Below the pieces are notes generated by a model. It saw only the letters and a program-made list of their open reading frames with translations, made no database searches and was not told where the DNA came from. Source: an uncultured Thermotogae bacterium (GTDB lineage Bacteria; Bipolaricaulota; Bipolaricaulia; CAYUCE01). Taken from it: 51,523 bases of DNA. Each line of letters starts with the position of its first letter. The stretch's first letter is position 1. The stretch is taken from the NCBI GenBank assembly GCA_964443275.1, contig CAYUCE010000006.1, positions 1 through 51,523 on the forward strand, in the 5' to 3' direction. This document shows, piece by piece, positions 1 through 11,429 of the stretch. The position numbers and the translations under genes are program-made.

Positions 1-230
1 AAACCCTGTTAGTAAGCGAATTAGGACGAAAGGGAGGGGGGTGAAGTTGGGTTAAAAGATAAAAATAATCAAAGCGATGACTATTAAATAATACAAGTAT
101 CAAGGATTAGATACGGGATTCAAAATTCTAAGTCATTTTGGGATCAGAATTCCAGTTAGGATTTAGATTTGGAATTCAAAGTATGGTGCTTGGATTGGGA
201 AGACTCAATCTCGGTTGGCTTGTGTCCTGC

Positions 231-259
231 TTGACATGAAAGTTCTTTTGGACCATAAT
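231..259 (+). promoter_or_regulatory. sigma70-type promoter for phoU
   Basis: TTGACA-17 nt-CATAAT, 28 nt before the ATG. Confidence 0.65.
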
Positions 260-287
260 AGATAGACTTTCGGGCAAGGAGCAGTCT

Positions 288-965
288 ATGGTAAGAGAAT
301 CATATCAAAAGAAATTAGAAAACTTAAAAAACTCCATCTTAGAGATGGGAGACTTGGTAGCTGACCGCTTAAAGAAGGGCCTAAGCGGTTTCAAAAAAAG
401 GGACCCGGAATTAGTTGAAGAGTTGGGAAGAAGCGATGAGGAAGTTGACAATCAGTATCTTTGGATAGAAAAAAAGTGCACTGAGCTATTGGCTCTTCAA
501 CAGCCGGTGGCCATAGACTTGAGGGTCATAACCTCCTCCCTTAAGATTGCCACTGATCTGGAACGTATAGCGGATCTAGCCCTTAATTTAGGTCAATACT
601 CACTTGAATATCGAGAATTTGAAGGGGTTTCAGCCGCCAACCTAATGGAGATTGGTGATCACGCTCTGGGGATGGTCTATGAGTCGGTCAAATCATTTTA
701 TGACCAAGATGTAGAAAGGGCAGAGCGGGTGGTAGAACTAGATAAACAGATGGACAAGATGTGTGATGGATTGACTAAGAAGGTGATAAAAAAGCTGATC
801 AAATCGGAGACAAAACCATCGCTTGCCCAAGAAGCTGAAGAGCTAGCCAGCGGAGTAGCAATGACCCTGCTTTCTATTAGAGATTTGGAAAGGGTGGGAG
901 ATCATTCCGTTAACATAGCCGCTCGAACGGTCTACATGCTGGAAAGCAGAAAGGATTATATATAG
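288..965 (+). CDS. phoU: phosphate signalling/uptake regulator PhoU
   Basis: ALQQPVAxDLR, DLERIAD and DLERVGDH repeat motifs; AGGAG SD. Confidence 0.95.
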   Translation: MVRESYQKKLENLKNSILEMGDLVADRLKKGLSGFKKRDPELVEELGRSDEEVDNQYLWIEKKCTELLALQQPVAIDLRVITSSLKIATDLERIADLALNLGQYSLEYREFEGVSAANLMEIGDHALGMVYESVKSFYDQDVERAERVVELDKQMDKMCDGLTKKVIKKLIKSETKPSLAQEAEELASGVAMTLLSIRDLERVGDHSVNIAARTVYMLESRKDYI

Positions 966-1008
966 AACTTGACTTATGTATAAATTTCTTATAATTTAGA
1001 TGTGGAAT

Positions 1009-1082
1009 TGGGAGATCGTCTAATGGTAGGACGGCGGGTTCTGGACCCGCTAGTGGAGGTTCGAATCCTCCTCTCCCAGCCA
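1009..1082 (+). tRNA. tRNA-Gln(CTG)
   Basis: Cloverleaf: TGGGAGA/TCTCCCA acceptor stem, GCGGG-TTCTGGA-CCCGC anticodon arm, GGAGG-TTCGAAT-CCTCC T arm, encoded CCA; U1-A72 pair. Confidence 0.97.
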
Positions 1083-1184
1083 CGGCCGGCCCGATACCCG
1101 CCTCTCGATTGAGAAAATATTTCTTTGATCAACTTAAAAGTTGTGGTTATTATAGCTCATAATATAGATTTTCGGAGGCGTTAA

Positions 1185-1925
1185 ATAATTCCCGGCATAG
1201 GTACTTTAATTAATATTATAACTGTACTGATTGGAGGTACTATCGGCCTCCTGTTGGGGGACAGACTCCCCATCAGGACTCGAATCGCGGTAATGAGAGG
1301 ACTGGGACTTGTTACTTTGGTCATTGGATTCCGGATGGCATTTGGCACTCAAAATGTCTTTATTCCTATGGCCAGCGTAGTTATTGGGGGCCTGCTAGGT
1401 GAGTGGTGGCAAATTGAATCTCGGCTCAACGGGCTAGGGGACCGATTAAAGGAAAGTTTCTCCTCCCTGATTGGCCGAACCGGCAAGTCCAAGCTGTTTA
1501 GTAAAGGTTTTGTAACTGCTAGTTTGGTATTTTGTGTAGGTCCGATGACTGTATTGGGTGCGGTGCAGGACGGTCTGATCGGGGATTTTAAGCTGCTTGC
1601 CATCAAATCGGGGCTGGATGGGTTTGCGGCCATGGCTTTTGCTACCACCCTGGGAGCCGGGGTGCTTTTTTCGGTGCTCACTTTGATCTTCTATCAAGGC
1701 GGCCTGACCTTCTTGGCTTATGCCCTAAGCAGCGGGCTGACCAGCGAAGGAGTTGCCAACTCACTGGCGGTAAGTGAACTATCGGCCACCGGTGGGATTT
1801 TGATCATAGGGATTGGGCTGATGCTTTTGGAGATTAAGGAAGTACGGGTAAGCAATTACCTTCCGGCAATCGCCATTGCTCCCATTATTGTGGGTTTGCT
1901 TTCCCTGTTTGGAATTTCAATCTGA
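1185..1925 (+). CDS. DUF554 (YdfK-like) membrane protein; start probably ATA 1185 or ATT 1188 rather than TTG 1254
   Basis: GFVTASLVFCVGPM and KSxLDG motifs; the family N-terminus GTLINxxxVxxGxxxG is encoded in frame upstream of 1254, behind GGAGG at 1174-1178. Confidence 0.85.
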   Translation: MIPGIGTLINIITVLIGGTIGLLLGDRLPIRTRIAVMRGLGLVTLVIGFRMAFGTQNVFIPMASVVIGGLLGEWWQIESRLNGLGDRLKESFSSLIGRTGKSKLFSKGFVTASLVFCVGPMTVLGAVQDGLIGDFKLLAIKSGLDGFAAMAFATTLGAGVLFSVLTLIFYQGGLTFLAYALSSGLTSEGVANSLAVSELSATGGILIIGIGLMLLEIKEVRVSNYLPAIAIAPIIVGLLSLFGISI

Positions 1926-1941
1926 TAAGTTTCTCGTTAGG

Positions 1942-2208
1942 TTAAGGCCCGATATGGAACATCTGTTTTCCATAATCGATAATCTCTTCACACTCACTTT
2001 CCTTCCCTTTGATAAGCTGCTCTTGGCATTCTCTTTTTAGAAGGTCGCAGATACCTTCTTTTTGAGAGATTAAACGGTTTAGTGCTCTCTTCTCATCGAA
2101 ATTCTCAAATTTCTGGGCCAGCTTATAATAGAAGGTTTTGGATGTCTCCTCCATCTGGAGGGCCTCCTGCAGGGCTTTTCTTAAGCTGATTCCTTCTCCC
2201 TTTGACAT
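1942..2208 (-). CDS. small rubrerythrin/ferritin-like helical protein with degenerate metal ligands
   Basis: ALQMEETSKTFYxxLA resembles rubrerythrin helix 1-2; overlaps the cimA end. Confidence 0.55.
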   Translation of the reverse strand: MSKGEGISLRKALQEALQMEETSKTFYYKLAQKFENFDEKRALNRLISQKEGICDLLKRECQEQLIKGKESECEEIIDYGKQMFHIGP

Positions 2209-3806
2209 GTAACTTCACTCCTTTCACTTTTATTCTTCTGGTTAAAATGGCGGTCAAGGCCGTAAATATAGCTGTCATAAAGCGCTTTCCAGCTAGCCTC
2301 TATAATGTCGTAAGAAACTCCCACCGTAGTCCAGCTCCTTTTGCCGTCGGTGGATTCAATTAGGACTCTGGGCTTGGCTGCCGTTCCCCTCTCCCTTTCC
2401 ATAATTCTTACCTTATAATCGGTCAAACGTAAGGTCTTTATCTCCGGGTAGAAATTGGACAAAGCCTTTCGTAAGGCATCATCCAAGGCGTCCACCGGAC
2501 CGTCACCTTCACCGGCGGTGAGAAGCTTCTTATCGGCCACCTCTATCTTGATCGAGGCCTGGGCACTTATTTTGCCAGCGGCATTTCGCTCATCCAAAAC
2601 GTGGTAATCAATTAACTTAAAAAATTCATGCTCCTCCCCTTGAGCCCGGCGCATCAGCAGCTCAAAAGAAGCATCTGCTCCCTCAAATTGATAACCTTCA
2701 TTTTCAAGCTCTTTTAGCTCCTCTAATATGTCCGTTACTTGGGAGTCATCCTCAAATATTTCCAATCCGTATTCCTTTGCCTTTCTGATTACATTTGTCT
2801 TTCCGGATAGTTCGGAAATTGAAAACCGCCTTTTGTTTCCCACCCGATCAGGGGGAATATGTTCGAAGGTCCGGGGATTTTTTTCCACCGCGTTTATGTG
2901 CATACCACCTTTATGAGCAAATGAATTAGCTCCTACATAGGGCAAATTTGAATTATGGGATAAATTGGCCATTTCACTTACATAACGGGAAAGGGAAGTC
3001 AATTCCCTAAGGGTACCGTGGTTGGTAAGGCATCTGTAGCCTAACTTTAATTGAAGGTTTGGAATGAGGGTACACAGATCGGCATTGCCCGCTCTCTCGC
3101 CGTAACCATTGATCGTACCCTGAATCATTTTGGCGCCCGCCTGAACGGCGGCCAAAGTGTTTGCTACCGCCACTCCTCCGTCATTGTGGGCATGGATACC
3201 CAAGGGAGTGGTTATTTCCTCTCTTACTTTACCAACTATGCTCTCTATCTGACTGGAAAGGGTACCACCGTTGGTATCACAAAGACATATCCAAGCTGCT
3301 CCCCCCTGTTGAGCCGCTTTTAAAGTTTTAAGGGCGTAATCGGGGTCAGCTTTATAACCGTCAAAGAAGTGCTCAGCATCGTAGATTACTTCTAGATCAT
3401 GTGATTTTAAATAAGAAACGGTATCTTTTATCATAGCCAGATTCTCTTCTAGAGTAGTATTAATTACCTCTTTTACGTGAAGGTCCCAGCTTTTGCCCAC
3501 GATTGCCGCCGCCGTGGCCGGGGTGTGAAGGATGCTCTTTATATTGGGGTCTTGATTGGACGTTAAATTAACTTTTCGAGTACACCCAAAGGCCACAATT
3601 TTGGCGGTTTCTAGCTCTAGGTTGGTGACTTGGTCAAAAAAGGCCATGTCCTTGGGGTTTGATCCCGGCCAGCCGCCTTCGATGTAATGGATGCCAAACT
3701 GATCCAGACGCTCAGCTATTTTTAACTTATCGCTTAATGAGAATTGAACTCCCCAGCCCTGAGTGCCGTCTCGAAGCGTGGTATCGTAGGTTATAATTTC
3801 GTTCAT
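2181..3806 (-). CDS. cimA: citramalate synthase
   Basis: DTTLRDGTQ, EGGWPGSNPKD, YDAEHFFDG, HAHND, FAHKGGMH; LeuA-type C-terminal regulatory domain. Confidence 0.88.
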   Translation of the reverse strand: MNEIITYDTTLRDGTQGWGVQFSLSDKLKIAERLDQFGIHYIEGGWPGSNPKDMAFFDQVTNLELETAKIVAFGCTRKVNLTSNQDPNIKSILHTPATAAAIVGKSWDLHVKEVINTTLEENLAMIKDTVSYLKSHDLEVIYDAEHFFDGYKADPDYALKTLKAAQQGGAAWICLCDTNGGTLSSQIESIVGKVREEITTPLGIHAHNDGGVAVANTLAAVQAGAKMIQGTINGYGERAGNADLCTLIPNLQLKLGYRCLTNHGTLRELTSLSRYVSEMANLSHNSNLPYVGANSFAHKGGMHINAVEKNPRTFEHIPPDRVGNKRRFSISELSGKTNVIRKAKEYGLEIFEDDSQVTDILEELKELENEGYQFEGADASFELLMRRAQGEEHEFFKLIDYHVLDERNAAGKISAQASIKIEVADKKLLTAGEGDGPVDALDDALRKALSNFYPEIKTLRLTDYKVRIMERERGTAAKPRVLIESTDGKRSWTTVGVSYDIIEASWKALYDSYIYGLDRHFNQKNKSERSEVTCQREKESA

Positions 3807-4804
3807 TTAGAGTCTCCAGACTCCAGACGGTCGATTACTGCCTGGGCCATTTCTTGTGTAGAAAGTTTCCCACCCAAATCCGGGGTGGCAAGACCCTCTT
3901 GTAAAGCCTTCTCCAAGGCTAACTCCGCCCGCTTGGCGGCTTCACTTTCCCCCAGCCAGTCGAGCATCATACATCCGCTTAATATAGAGGCAGTGGGGTT
4001 GGCGATATTTTTTCCGGCAATATCCGGAGCTGTACCGTGTACCGGTTCGAACATGGCGTGGTATTTGCCAATATTTCCGCTGGGACATAGGCCCAATCCA
4101 CCTACTAGGCCGGCAGCCAAATCGGAGATAATATCCCCAAACATATTGGTAGTTAAAAGCACTTGAAAGCGGCCGGGGTCACGTACCAAATACAGACTAG
4201 CAGCATCCACCAATACCTCTTCTAGCTCGATTTCCTCATATCCTTTAGCCACTTTACGAACTGCATCAAGAAAAAGGCCGCAGCTTTTTTTCAAGACATT
4301 TACTTTATGCACTGCGCTAACTTTACCCCAACCGTTTTCTTTTGCGTAATCAAACCCAAATTGAGCAATACGGCGGGAAGCTTTTTTGGTTATAACTCTG
4401 GTGGCGGTAACTACCCCCGAAGCGATCTCCTCTTCCAATCCTTTGTATAAACACTCGGTATTTTCCCGTACTATAACTATATCAACTTCTGGATAAAGGC
4501 ACTGAACGCCGGGTAGGACCTTCACCGGGCGTAAGTTAACAAAGGTATTTAGCTCTTGTCTTAACCGGATAACCACCTCGAAAGCGGTCTGGCCAACTGC
4601 GCCCAAAAGTAGGGCGTCTGAAGTAAGAGCCCCCTTTAAAGTTTCCTCTGGCAGTGCCTGCCCGCATTTTTTAAAAACTCGGTCACCGGCTTCGAAGAAG
4701 TTAAAGTCAAGCCCCAATCCTACTTTTTCTAATACCGAAATGCAGGCATCAGTTACTTCCGGACCTATTCCATCACCGGCAATTACTCCAATTTGATATC
4801 CCAT
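3803..4804 (-). CDS. leuB: isopropylmalate/isocitrate-family beta-decarboxylating dehydrogenase (short archaeal type)
   Basis: GDGIGPEV, NMFGDIISD, EPVHGTAPDIAG; operon context. Confidence 0.85.
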   Translation of the reverse strand: MGYQIGVIAGDGIGPEVTDACISVLEKVGLGLDFNFFEAGDRVFKKCGQALPEETLKGALTSDALLLGAVGQTAFEVVIRLRQELNTFVNLRPVKVLPGVQCLYPEVDIVIVRENTECLYKGLEEEIASGVVTATRVITKKASRRIAQFGFDYAKENGWGKVSAVHKVNVLKKSCGLFLDAVRKVAKGYEEIELEEVLVDAASLYLVRDPGRFQVLLTTNMFGDIISDLAAGLVGGLGLCPSGNIGKYHAMFEPVHGTAPDIAGKNIANPTASILSGCMMLDWLGESEAAKRAELALEKALQEGLATPDLGGKLSTQEMAQAVIDRLESGDSK

Positions 4805-4808
4805 TTTT

Positions 4809-6362
4809 TTACTTACCCTCCGATTTGACTCCGGCCGGCTCTGCCAATTCGTCTCTTTTGCGCACTAAGTGGTTGATGGCCGATACTAAAGCCTTAACCC
4901 CGGCCACTACGATATCCTCATCGGCGGCGGTGGCATCGGCGGATAGTCCATTTTCATCCTCTACGGCTACCGTCACATCCGCTATGGAATCACTACCTCC
5001 ACTAATGGCGGCCAAGTGAAAATCCGAAATCTCCACTTCCAGGTCGATGCGCCCGGAGGCCACCAGTTGACGGACCGCCTGCATGGCAGCGTCTACCGGC
5101 CCTACTCCGGTCCCGGTTCCAATCTTTTCTTTGCCGAAAATTCGGGCCCTAATGCTGGCCATGGGGGAAAGCCGGTTGCCGGTCATTACCGATATTTGAT
5201 CTAGCTGAATTAGGCTTTCTTTCTGAGGTACGCTGGAAATTACCGATGAAGCTATGGCGTAAAGGTCGGCTTCGGCAATTCTCTTGCCCTTGTGGGCAAG
5301 CTTTTTGGTCCGCAGGGTAATCTCGGTAAGCTCTTGGTCGGTGGGGGTCAGGCCGGCGTCTTTCAAGGCGCTCTTTACGGAGTGTTTGCCGGTATGCTTA
5401 CCGATTATTAATTTTCGCTTGTGACCGACACTTTCTGGGGTCATGACCCCGGGCTCGAAAGTGCGGGTATCTTCGATGATTCCGGCAGCATGTATTCCGC
5501 TTTCGTGACTGAATACATGCTCTCCTATCACCGGTTTGTGAGGGTTAATGGGGATTTCGCTTAGCCTCTCCACCAATTTTGCCATCTCATAGATCAGTTC
5601 TGTCCGGAGGCCGGTAGGTAAAAACAAGAGTTTCTCCAAGCCCATAACTACTTCTTCTAAGGATGCGTTCCCGGCCCTTTCCCCGATACCATTTGCACTT
5701 ACCTGTACCATATCTGCTCCCGCACCTACCGCGGCAAGTGAATTGGCCACCGCTAACCCAAAATCGTTGTGGCAATGAATGCTTATGGGAATATCTACCG
5801 AGCCTTTTACCTTACTCACCATATTTTCGATAAGGGCAGGATGAGCAATCCCCACCGTATCCGGCAAGTTTATGATATCTGTACCGGCCTGTTCAGCTGC
5901 CTGGCAGGCTTGGATTAGAAAATCTGGATCGGTCCTGGTGGCATCCATAGGGCTAAACATGCATTCACGCCCTTGATTTTTAACTTGCGCGATTGAAGTT
6001 TTAGCCATCTTTAGCACTTGCTCCCGGCTCGAACGAAGGGACTTTTCAATCTGGATATCGGATGTAGATACAAAGACATGTATCATTTGAGCGCCGGTTC
6101 TAAAAGCGGTCTGAATATCCTTTTCTTTAACTCTAGCCAGAGCACAAACTGTGGTCCCCTCGGGTAAGATATCCACTACCCTTTTGACACATTCTTCCTC
6201 GTGCCCTGAATTAACCGGAAATCCCGCTTCTATGACCCCTACTTTCATCTGTGAAAGCTTACTCGCAATCTTTAACTTATCCTCCAGTGAGAAACTTACC
6301 CGGGGAGACTGCTCCCCGTCTCTTAGGGTGGTATCAAAGATTTCCACTTTTCGTCCGGACAC
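4809..6362 (-). CDS. leuA: 2-isopropylmalate synthase
   Basis: DTTLRDGEQ, IEAGFP, HCHND, GIGERAGNA, HESGIH, GxGPVDA. Confidence 0.85.
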   Translation of the reverse strand: MSGRKVEIFDTTLRDGEQSPRVSFSLEDKLKIASKLSQMKVGVIEAGFPVNSGHEEECVKRVVDILPEGTTVCALARVKEKDIQTAFRTGAQMIHVFVSTSDIQIEKSLRSSREQVLKMAKTSIAQVKNQGRECMFSPMDATRTDPDFLIQACQAAEQAGTDIINLPDTVGIAHPALIENMVSKVKGSVDIPISIHCHNDFGLAVANSLAAVGAGADMVQVSANGIGERAGNASLEEVVMGLEKLLFLPTGLRTELIYEMAKLVERLSEIPINPHKPVIGEHVFSHESGIHAAGIIEDTRTFEPGVMTPESVGHKRKLIIGKHTGKHSVKSALKDAGLTPTDQELTEITLRTKKLAHKGKRIAEADLYAIASSVISSVPQKESLIQLDQISVMTGNRLSPMASIRARIFGKEKIGTGTGVGPVDAAMQAVRQLVASGRIDLEVEISDFHLAAISGGSDSIADVTVAVEDENGLSADATAADEDIVVAGVKALVSAINHLVRKRDELAEPAGVKSEGK

Positions 6363-6379
6363 TTAAATCATTCCTCCGG

Positions 6380-7393
6380 CTAGCTAAGCCAGCTCATCAT
6401 CTGGCGTAAGCGGGTGCCCACCTCTTCGACGGGGTGGTTTTGATCAGCCCGTCGGTACTTGTAATAAGAGGGACGATTTGCTTGATTTTCTAGGATCCAC
6501 TCGCGGGCAAATTCACCATTTTGAACCTGCTTAACGATCTTTTTCATCCCTTCTCTGCTCTTTTCATTTATAACTTCTTTTCCCCGGGTGAGTCCTCCGT
6601 ATTCGGCCGTATCGCTAACCGAATTCCACATATTTGAAAGGCCTCCCTCGTAGATAAGATCTACGATCAGTTTCAGTTCATTTAGTACTTCAAAATAGGA
6701 AACCTCCGGCTTATAACCGGCTTGTACTAATGTTTCAAACCCCGCTTTTATAAGCGCGGTAACTCCTCCGCATAGGACTGTTTGTTCGCCAATTAGATCG
6801 GATTCGGTCTCTTCTTGGAAGGTGGTTTGTATGACTCCCGCCCGAGTGCCTCCAATCCCCTGCGCATAGGCAAGTGCTATTTGTTTGCCTTCTTTACTGT
6901 AGTCCTGCTCAACCGCCAACAGGCAGGGTACGCCCTCTCCTCTAAGATAAGTCCGCCGCAGTAAGTGTCCGGGTGATTTGGGAGCCACCATGAGTACATC
7001 CACCCAATTGGGAGGTATTATTTGGTTATAATGGATATTGAATCCGTGGGAGAACAGAAGTACATCCCCTTCCTCCAGATGGGACTTTATTTTCTCTTCA
7101 TAAACGGCAGGTTGGGCGTGGTCAGGGATCAAAATTTGAATTACCTCGCTTGATTGGGCAGCTTCCTCTATGGTCATCGCTTGCAGGCCGTCTTGTTCGA
7201 CTTTATCCCGGTTTTTACTTTTTTCCCTCAGTCCCACTACCACCTTGTAGCCGCTGTCGTTTAAATTCTGTGCTTGAGCATGACCTTGACTGCCGTATCC
7301 TATGACCGCAATTTGCCGGTCGGCTAGATATTCTTTGTTTACGTCCTTTTCGTAATATATCTTGGCTTCCATCGGTTTAATATTCCTCCTCAT
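6380..7393 (-). CDS. ilvC: ketol-acid reductoisomerase
   Basis: [37 protein letters not shown]. Confidence 0.97.
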   Translation of the reverse strand: MRRNIKPMEAKIYYEKDVNKEYLADRQIAVIGYGSQGHAQAQNLNDSGYKVVVGLREKSKNRDKVEQDGLQAMTIEEAAQSSEVIQILIPDHAQPAVYEEKIKSHLEEGDVLLFSHGFNIHYNQIIPPNWVDVLMVAPKSPGHLLRRTYLRGEGVPCLLAVEQDYSKEGKQIALAYAQGIGGTRAGVIQTTFQEETESDLIGEQTVLCGGVTALIKAGFETLVQAGYKPEVSYFEVLNELKLIVDLIYEGGLSNMWNSVSDTAEYGGLTRGKEVINEKSREGMKKIVKQVQNGEFAREWILENQANRPSYYKYRRADQNHPVEEVGTRLRQMMSWLS

Positions 7394-7902
7394 TATTTAA
7401 CTCTCACACTTCTGGATCCTCTGGCTAAAGCTATACGACCAGTTCGGGAAATCTCCTTTATACCGAAGCTGGCAAGCATGTCTTCCAAGGCGTTTACTTT
7501 TTTGCTGTTTCCGGTTATCTCTATGGTGAGTGACCTGTTTCCCACATCCACGATCTTGGCTCTGAAGATATCCACCAACTCTACTATCTCCGATCGATTT
7601 TCCTTTGTGGCACTTACTTTAACTAAAGCCAATTCTCTTTCTACGTGGTCTTCTCTAGTTAAATCGCTTACCTTAATTACCTCGATTAATTTGTTTAGCT
7701 GTTTTATTACCTGCTCTATAGTTTGATCATCACCTCTTACTGCGATAGTCATGCGGGACGCTTTAGGGTTATCAGTTCGCCCCACGGCAAGGCTCTCGAT
7801 ATTAAAGCCCCGGCGAGCAAAAAGCCCGGCTATTTTGAAAAGTACCCCGCTTTCGTTTTTGACTAAGGCAGCTAGAGTATGCAATTTATCTTCTTTAGGC
7901 AT
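7393..7902 (-). CDS. ilvN: acetolactate synthase small (regulatory) subunit
   Basis: ACT domain [13 protein letters not shown]; [18 protein letters not shown]. Confidence 0.96.
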   Translation of the reverse strand: MPKEDKLHTLAALVKNESGVLFKIAGLFARRGFNIESLAVGRTDNPKASRMTIAVRGDDQTIEQVIKQLNKLIEVIKVSDLTREDHVERELALVKVSATKENRSEIVELVDIFRAKIVDVGNRSLTIEITGNSKKVNALEDMLASFGIKEISRTGRIALARGSRSVRVK

Positions 7903-9625
7903 CTTGGGCTCCGGTTAAGAAATCTCCAATAGAACCACCTGCCGGTACCATAGGGAAGACGTTTTCTTCTTCTGCTACCAGACAGTTAATTACCGTGGGG
8001 CCCTCCCGGTAGGATAAAGCCTCTTCCAATGCTGGCACGACTTCCTCTAGCTTGGTAACTTTGAGTCCTTTTGCCCCGTAAGCTTTGGCCACCAGGTCAA
8101 ATTGGGGAGAACTTCCCTTCAGGCAGGTTTCGGCGTACCGTCTTTCAAAGAAAAGCTCCTGCCACTGCTTTACCATCCCTAAAAAGCCGTTATTTAATAC
8201 AATTACGGTGATGGGCAGCTTTTCCCGAACACAAGTGGCAAGTTCCTGGATGTTCATCTGAAAGGAACCATCGCCCGTTACACACACCACTTGACGGTCC
8301 GGTTTACCAACTTGAGCACCCATTGCAGCCGGAAAACCAAAGCCCATAGTTCCCAGCCCGCCGCTGGTGACAAAGGTGCGGGGATGGTTGAATGGATAGT
8401 ATTGAGCAACCCACATCTGATGTTGTCCCACGCCGGTAGTAATAATGGCCGATTCATCCGCCAATTCACCTAATTTTTCGATTATGAATTGGGGTTTAAG
8501 TCCTTTGCCCATTTGGTAAGTGAGCGGATAATCCTCCTTCCAGGCCTTAATTTTTTCTAGCCAAGAGGCGAAGTTACGGGAATCTATTTCCTTTGTTTCC
8601 AGCGCACAGGTTAGATCATCCAAAATCCGTCCCGCATCACCCACAATGGGGATATGGGATTTAACATTTTTATCTATCTCCGAGGGGTCAACGTCTATAT
8701 GAATTACTTTAGCTTCCGGTGCGAACCTATTGGTATCTCCAGTTATACGATCGTCCAACCGGGTACCCACACAGATCAAAAGGTCGCAGTTGGTCACCGC
8801 CTTATTTGCATAACCGGTGCCGTGCATCCCCAGCATACCCAAAAATAGTGGGCTGCGGGCGGGAAAACTTCCCAGCCCCATTAAGGTGCAGGTAACAGGA
8901 ATTTTTAATTTATTAGCCAATTTTCTTAGCTTCTCCGAACCTTCCGAAGTTATTACCCCTCCACCGGCGATGATCAGCGGCCTTTCGGCTTTACCTAGAG
9001 CTGACAGTGCCTTCTCGATTTGCTTTGGATGACCAACGTAGTTAGGATCGTAACCCTTTGTCTCCACCCCATTCCGGGCCGGATGGTAATTTTTCAACTT
9101 AGCTAGCTGGACATCTTTAGGTACGTCAAGCAAAACCGGTGCCGGCCTCCCCGAGCGGGCAAGATAAAAGCATTTAGAAATAGTAGAGGAAAGCTCGGTG
9201 GGCTCGGTAACCATTTGGTTATACTTGGTAATGGGGGTGGTTATTCCTCTAACGTCAGCTTCTTGGAAGGCATCGTTTCCCACCAGATTCCTTGCCACCT
9301 GGCCGGTTAGGGCAACAATGGGCACAGAATCCATATAAGCGTTTGCCAATCCGGTAACCAGGTTTGTTGCTCCCGGACCGCTGGTGGACATACAAACTCC
9401 CGCTTTCCCCGTAACTCGGGCATAGCCGTCTGCGGCGTGAATGGCTCCTTGTTCATGAGCCGTAGTTATATGTTTGATTTGGTCGGCTTGGTATAGACAA
9501 TCGTATATGGGCATTATGGCTCCGCCGATGATCCCAAATATAGTGCTTACTCCTTCTGTCTTAAGTGATTCAATTACCGCTTGAGCGCCGCTTTTGGGTT
9601 TTGTTTTCATCTTAGTACTGCTCAT
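7895..9625 (-). CDS. ilvB: acetolactate synthase large subunit
   Basis: [22 protein letters not shown] motif GDGSFQM...NNGFLGMV. Confidence 0.96.
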   Translation of the reverse strand: MSSTKMKTKPKSGAQAVIESLKTEGVSTIFGIIGGAIMPIYDCLYQADQIKHITTAHEQGAIHAADGYARVTGKAGVCMSTSGPGATNLVTGLANAYMDSVPIVALTGQVARNLVGNDAFQEADVRGITTPITKYNQMVTEPTELSSTISKCFYLARSGRPAPVLLDVPKDVQLAKLKNYHPARNGVETKGYDPNYVGHPKQIEKALSALGKAERPLIIAGGGVITSEGSEKLRKLANKLKIPVTCTLMGLGSFPARSPLFLGMLGMHGTGYANKAVTNCDLLICVGTRLDDRITGDTNRFAPEAKVIHIDVDPSEIDKNVKSHIPIVGDAGRILDDLTCALETKEIDSRNFASWLEKIKAWKEDYPLTYQMGKGLKPQFIIEKLGELADESAIITTGVGQHQMWVAQYYPFNHPRTFVTSGGLGTMGFGFPAAMGAQVGKPDRQVVCVTGDGSFQMNIQELATCVREKLPITVIVLNNGFLGMVKQWQELFFERRYAETCLKGSSPQFDLVAKAYGAKGLKVTKLEEVVPALEEALSYREGPTVINCLVAEEENVFPMVPAGGSIGDFLTGAQDA

Positions 9626-11306
9626 AACCTTCCTCCCTTGAGTCTTTTAAAATAGCTCCTTTGTCCGCTCCGCTAACTAAGGTACAGTACCGGGCGAGTA
9701 GGCCTTTTTTGAATTTAGGCTCCGGTGGTTGATGGGTGATAAGCCTTTTTTCAATTTCTTCATTAGATAGCTTAATTTCCAGCCTTCTGTTTGGTGTGTC
9801 GATTTCAACTATGTCCCCATCTCGAACTATAGCTATTGGGCCACCTTTTGCGGCTTCCGGGGTAATATGTCCGATGGCCGCCCCTCTGGTGGCCCCGCTG
9901 AACCTTCCGTCGGTTAATAAAGCCACCTTTCCACTTAGGTTGCTGCCGCTTATCCTGCTGGTAGGCTCCAACATCTCTCGCATCCCCGGACCTCCACTGG
10001 GGCCTTCATAGCGGATGATGATTACTTCTCCCTCTTTTATCGTTCTCTGATCAATGGCAGAAGTGGCCTCTTCTTCGCAGTCAAATACTCGAGCCGGCCC
10101 GGAATGGACCAGCATGTTCTCTGCCACCGCGGTCTGCTTAACTACCCCCCCTTGGGGAGCCAGATTTCCAAACAGAACCGCTATTCCCCCCTCTTTATGC
10201 ACCGGATTATCCACATCGTGAATTACTTCTTCTCCATTTACTTTAAAGCTCGATACATTCTCGGTTAACTGGGAACCTATTGATTTGCCGGCAACAGTTT
10301 CAGCATCTAGATTTAGGAGGTTCTGTAAACGTTTCATTAAAGCGGGCAGTCCGCCTGCCTGGTGAAGATGGGTCACCCGCATCGGCCCCTGAGGGCTCAT
10401 ATTTATCAGATGGGGGGTAGTCCGAGAAATTTTGTCGAAATCTTTGAGCTCAAAATCAACTCCTAACTCGCTGGCTATGGCCGGTAGATGCAAAGTAGCA
10501 TTTGTAGATCCCCCCAAGGACAGGCTTACCATAGCCGCATTTTCAAAAGAACCTCGGGTGAGGAAACTGGATGGGGTGATGTTATCATTTATCAATCTTA
10601 CTATTATCTCTCCCGATCTTCGGGCCAGGTCCGATCTTTCTTTTGCCAGAGAGGGAATAGTTCCGCAGTAGGGGAGGCTTATACCTAAACTTTCAGCAAT
10701 TGAAGCCATGGTATTGGCGGTAAACATTCCCGCACAGGAACCAGCTCCCGGACAGGCGTATCTCTCTATTTTTTCCGCTGCATCCGGGGATATTTCACCG
10801 CTTTTTACCTTGGAAACTGCCTCAAATACGGTGGTGATATCGATGATCTCATTAGCCAATCTGCCGAAATCCATGGGGCCCCCGGTCACCATGATGGTGG
10901 GAATGTCCAGGCGGCATGCCGCCATAAGCATTCCGGGTATTATTTTGTCACAGCTAGCAATTAATACCAGCCCGTCAAACCGGTGGGCTTGGGCCATTAA
11001 TTCTACAGAATCGGCAATAACTTCACGGCTGGGTAGGGAATAGTGCATTCCCTCATGACCCATAGCAATTCCATCGCAGACCGCCACGGTGTTGAATTCA
11101 AAGGGTGTGCCACCACCTTTTCTAACTCCAATCTTTACTTCTTCTGATAATTTATCTAAGTGAATGTGGCCCGGTACTATTTCGTTCCAAGAATTAGCCA
11201 CTCCAATATATGGTTTATATATATCCTCACTTTTTAACCCGGTTGCCCTAAGCAATGCCCGGTGAGGCATGCGTTTTGTACTTTCTTTTACTTGATTGCT
11301 TCTCAT
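9612..11306 (-). CDS. ilvD: dihydroxy-acid dehydratase
   Basis: [37 protein letters not shown]. Confidence 0.97.
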   Translation of the reverse strand: MRSNQVKESTKRMPHRALLRATGLKSEDIYKPYIGVANSWNEIVPGHIHLDKLSEEVKIGVRKGGGTPFEFNTVAVCDGIAMGHEGMHYSLPSREVIADSVELMAQAHRFDGLVLIASCDKIIPGMLMAACRLDIPTIMVTGGPMDFGRLANEIIDITTVFEAVSKVKSGEISPDAAEKIERYACPGAGSCAGMFTANTMASIAESLGISLPYCGTIPSLAKERSDLARRSGEIIVRLINDNITPSSFLTRGSFENAAMVSLSLGGSTNATLHLPAIASELGVDFELKDFDKISRTTPHLINMSPQGPMRVTHLHQAGGLPALMKRLQNLLNLDAETVAGKSIGSQLTENVSSFKVNGEEVIHDVDNPVHKEGGIAVLFGNLAPQGGVVKQTAVAENMLVHSGPARVFDCEEEATSAIDQRTIKEGEVIIIRYEGPSGGPGMREMLEPTSRISGSNLSGKVALLTDGRFSGATRGAAIGHITPEAAKGGPIAIVRDGDIVEIDTPNRRLEIKLSNEEIEKRLITHQPPEPKFKKGLLARYCTLVSGADKGAILKDSREEGYEQY

Positions 11307-11413
11307 AGTTTCCCCCGAAGGTTCATAAATTTTGATATATGAAGCTGCCCGCTGTTTAACAGGAAAAAAATTGAAAGAAAAAAATGGTTAGATAAAAAGC
11401 GTTTAAGTACGAT

Positions 11414-11429
11414 TGCCCCTAGAGGGGCA
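11414..11429 (-). promoter_or_regulatory. GC hairpin over the leader stop codon (attenuator or pause candidate)
   Basis: TGCCCC-TCTA-GGGGCA on the minus strand, followed by a U/C-rich tract. Confidence 0.5.

Noticed and set aside
80-185. Weak 6-7-nt periodic repeats upstream of phoU
   Set aside because: Too degenerate to support, and the context is cut off by the window edge.
969-995. TTGACT...TATAAT promoter for tRNA-Gln
   Set aside because: Plausible, but the spacer is only 15 nt, so it is not listed as a feature.
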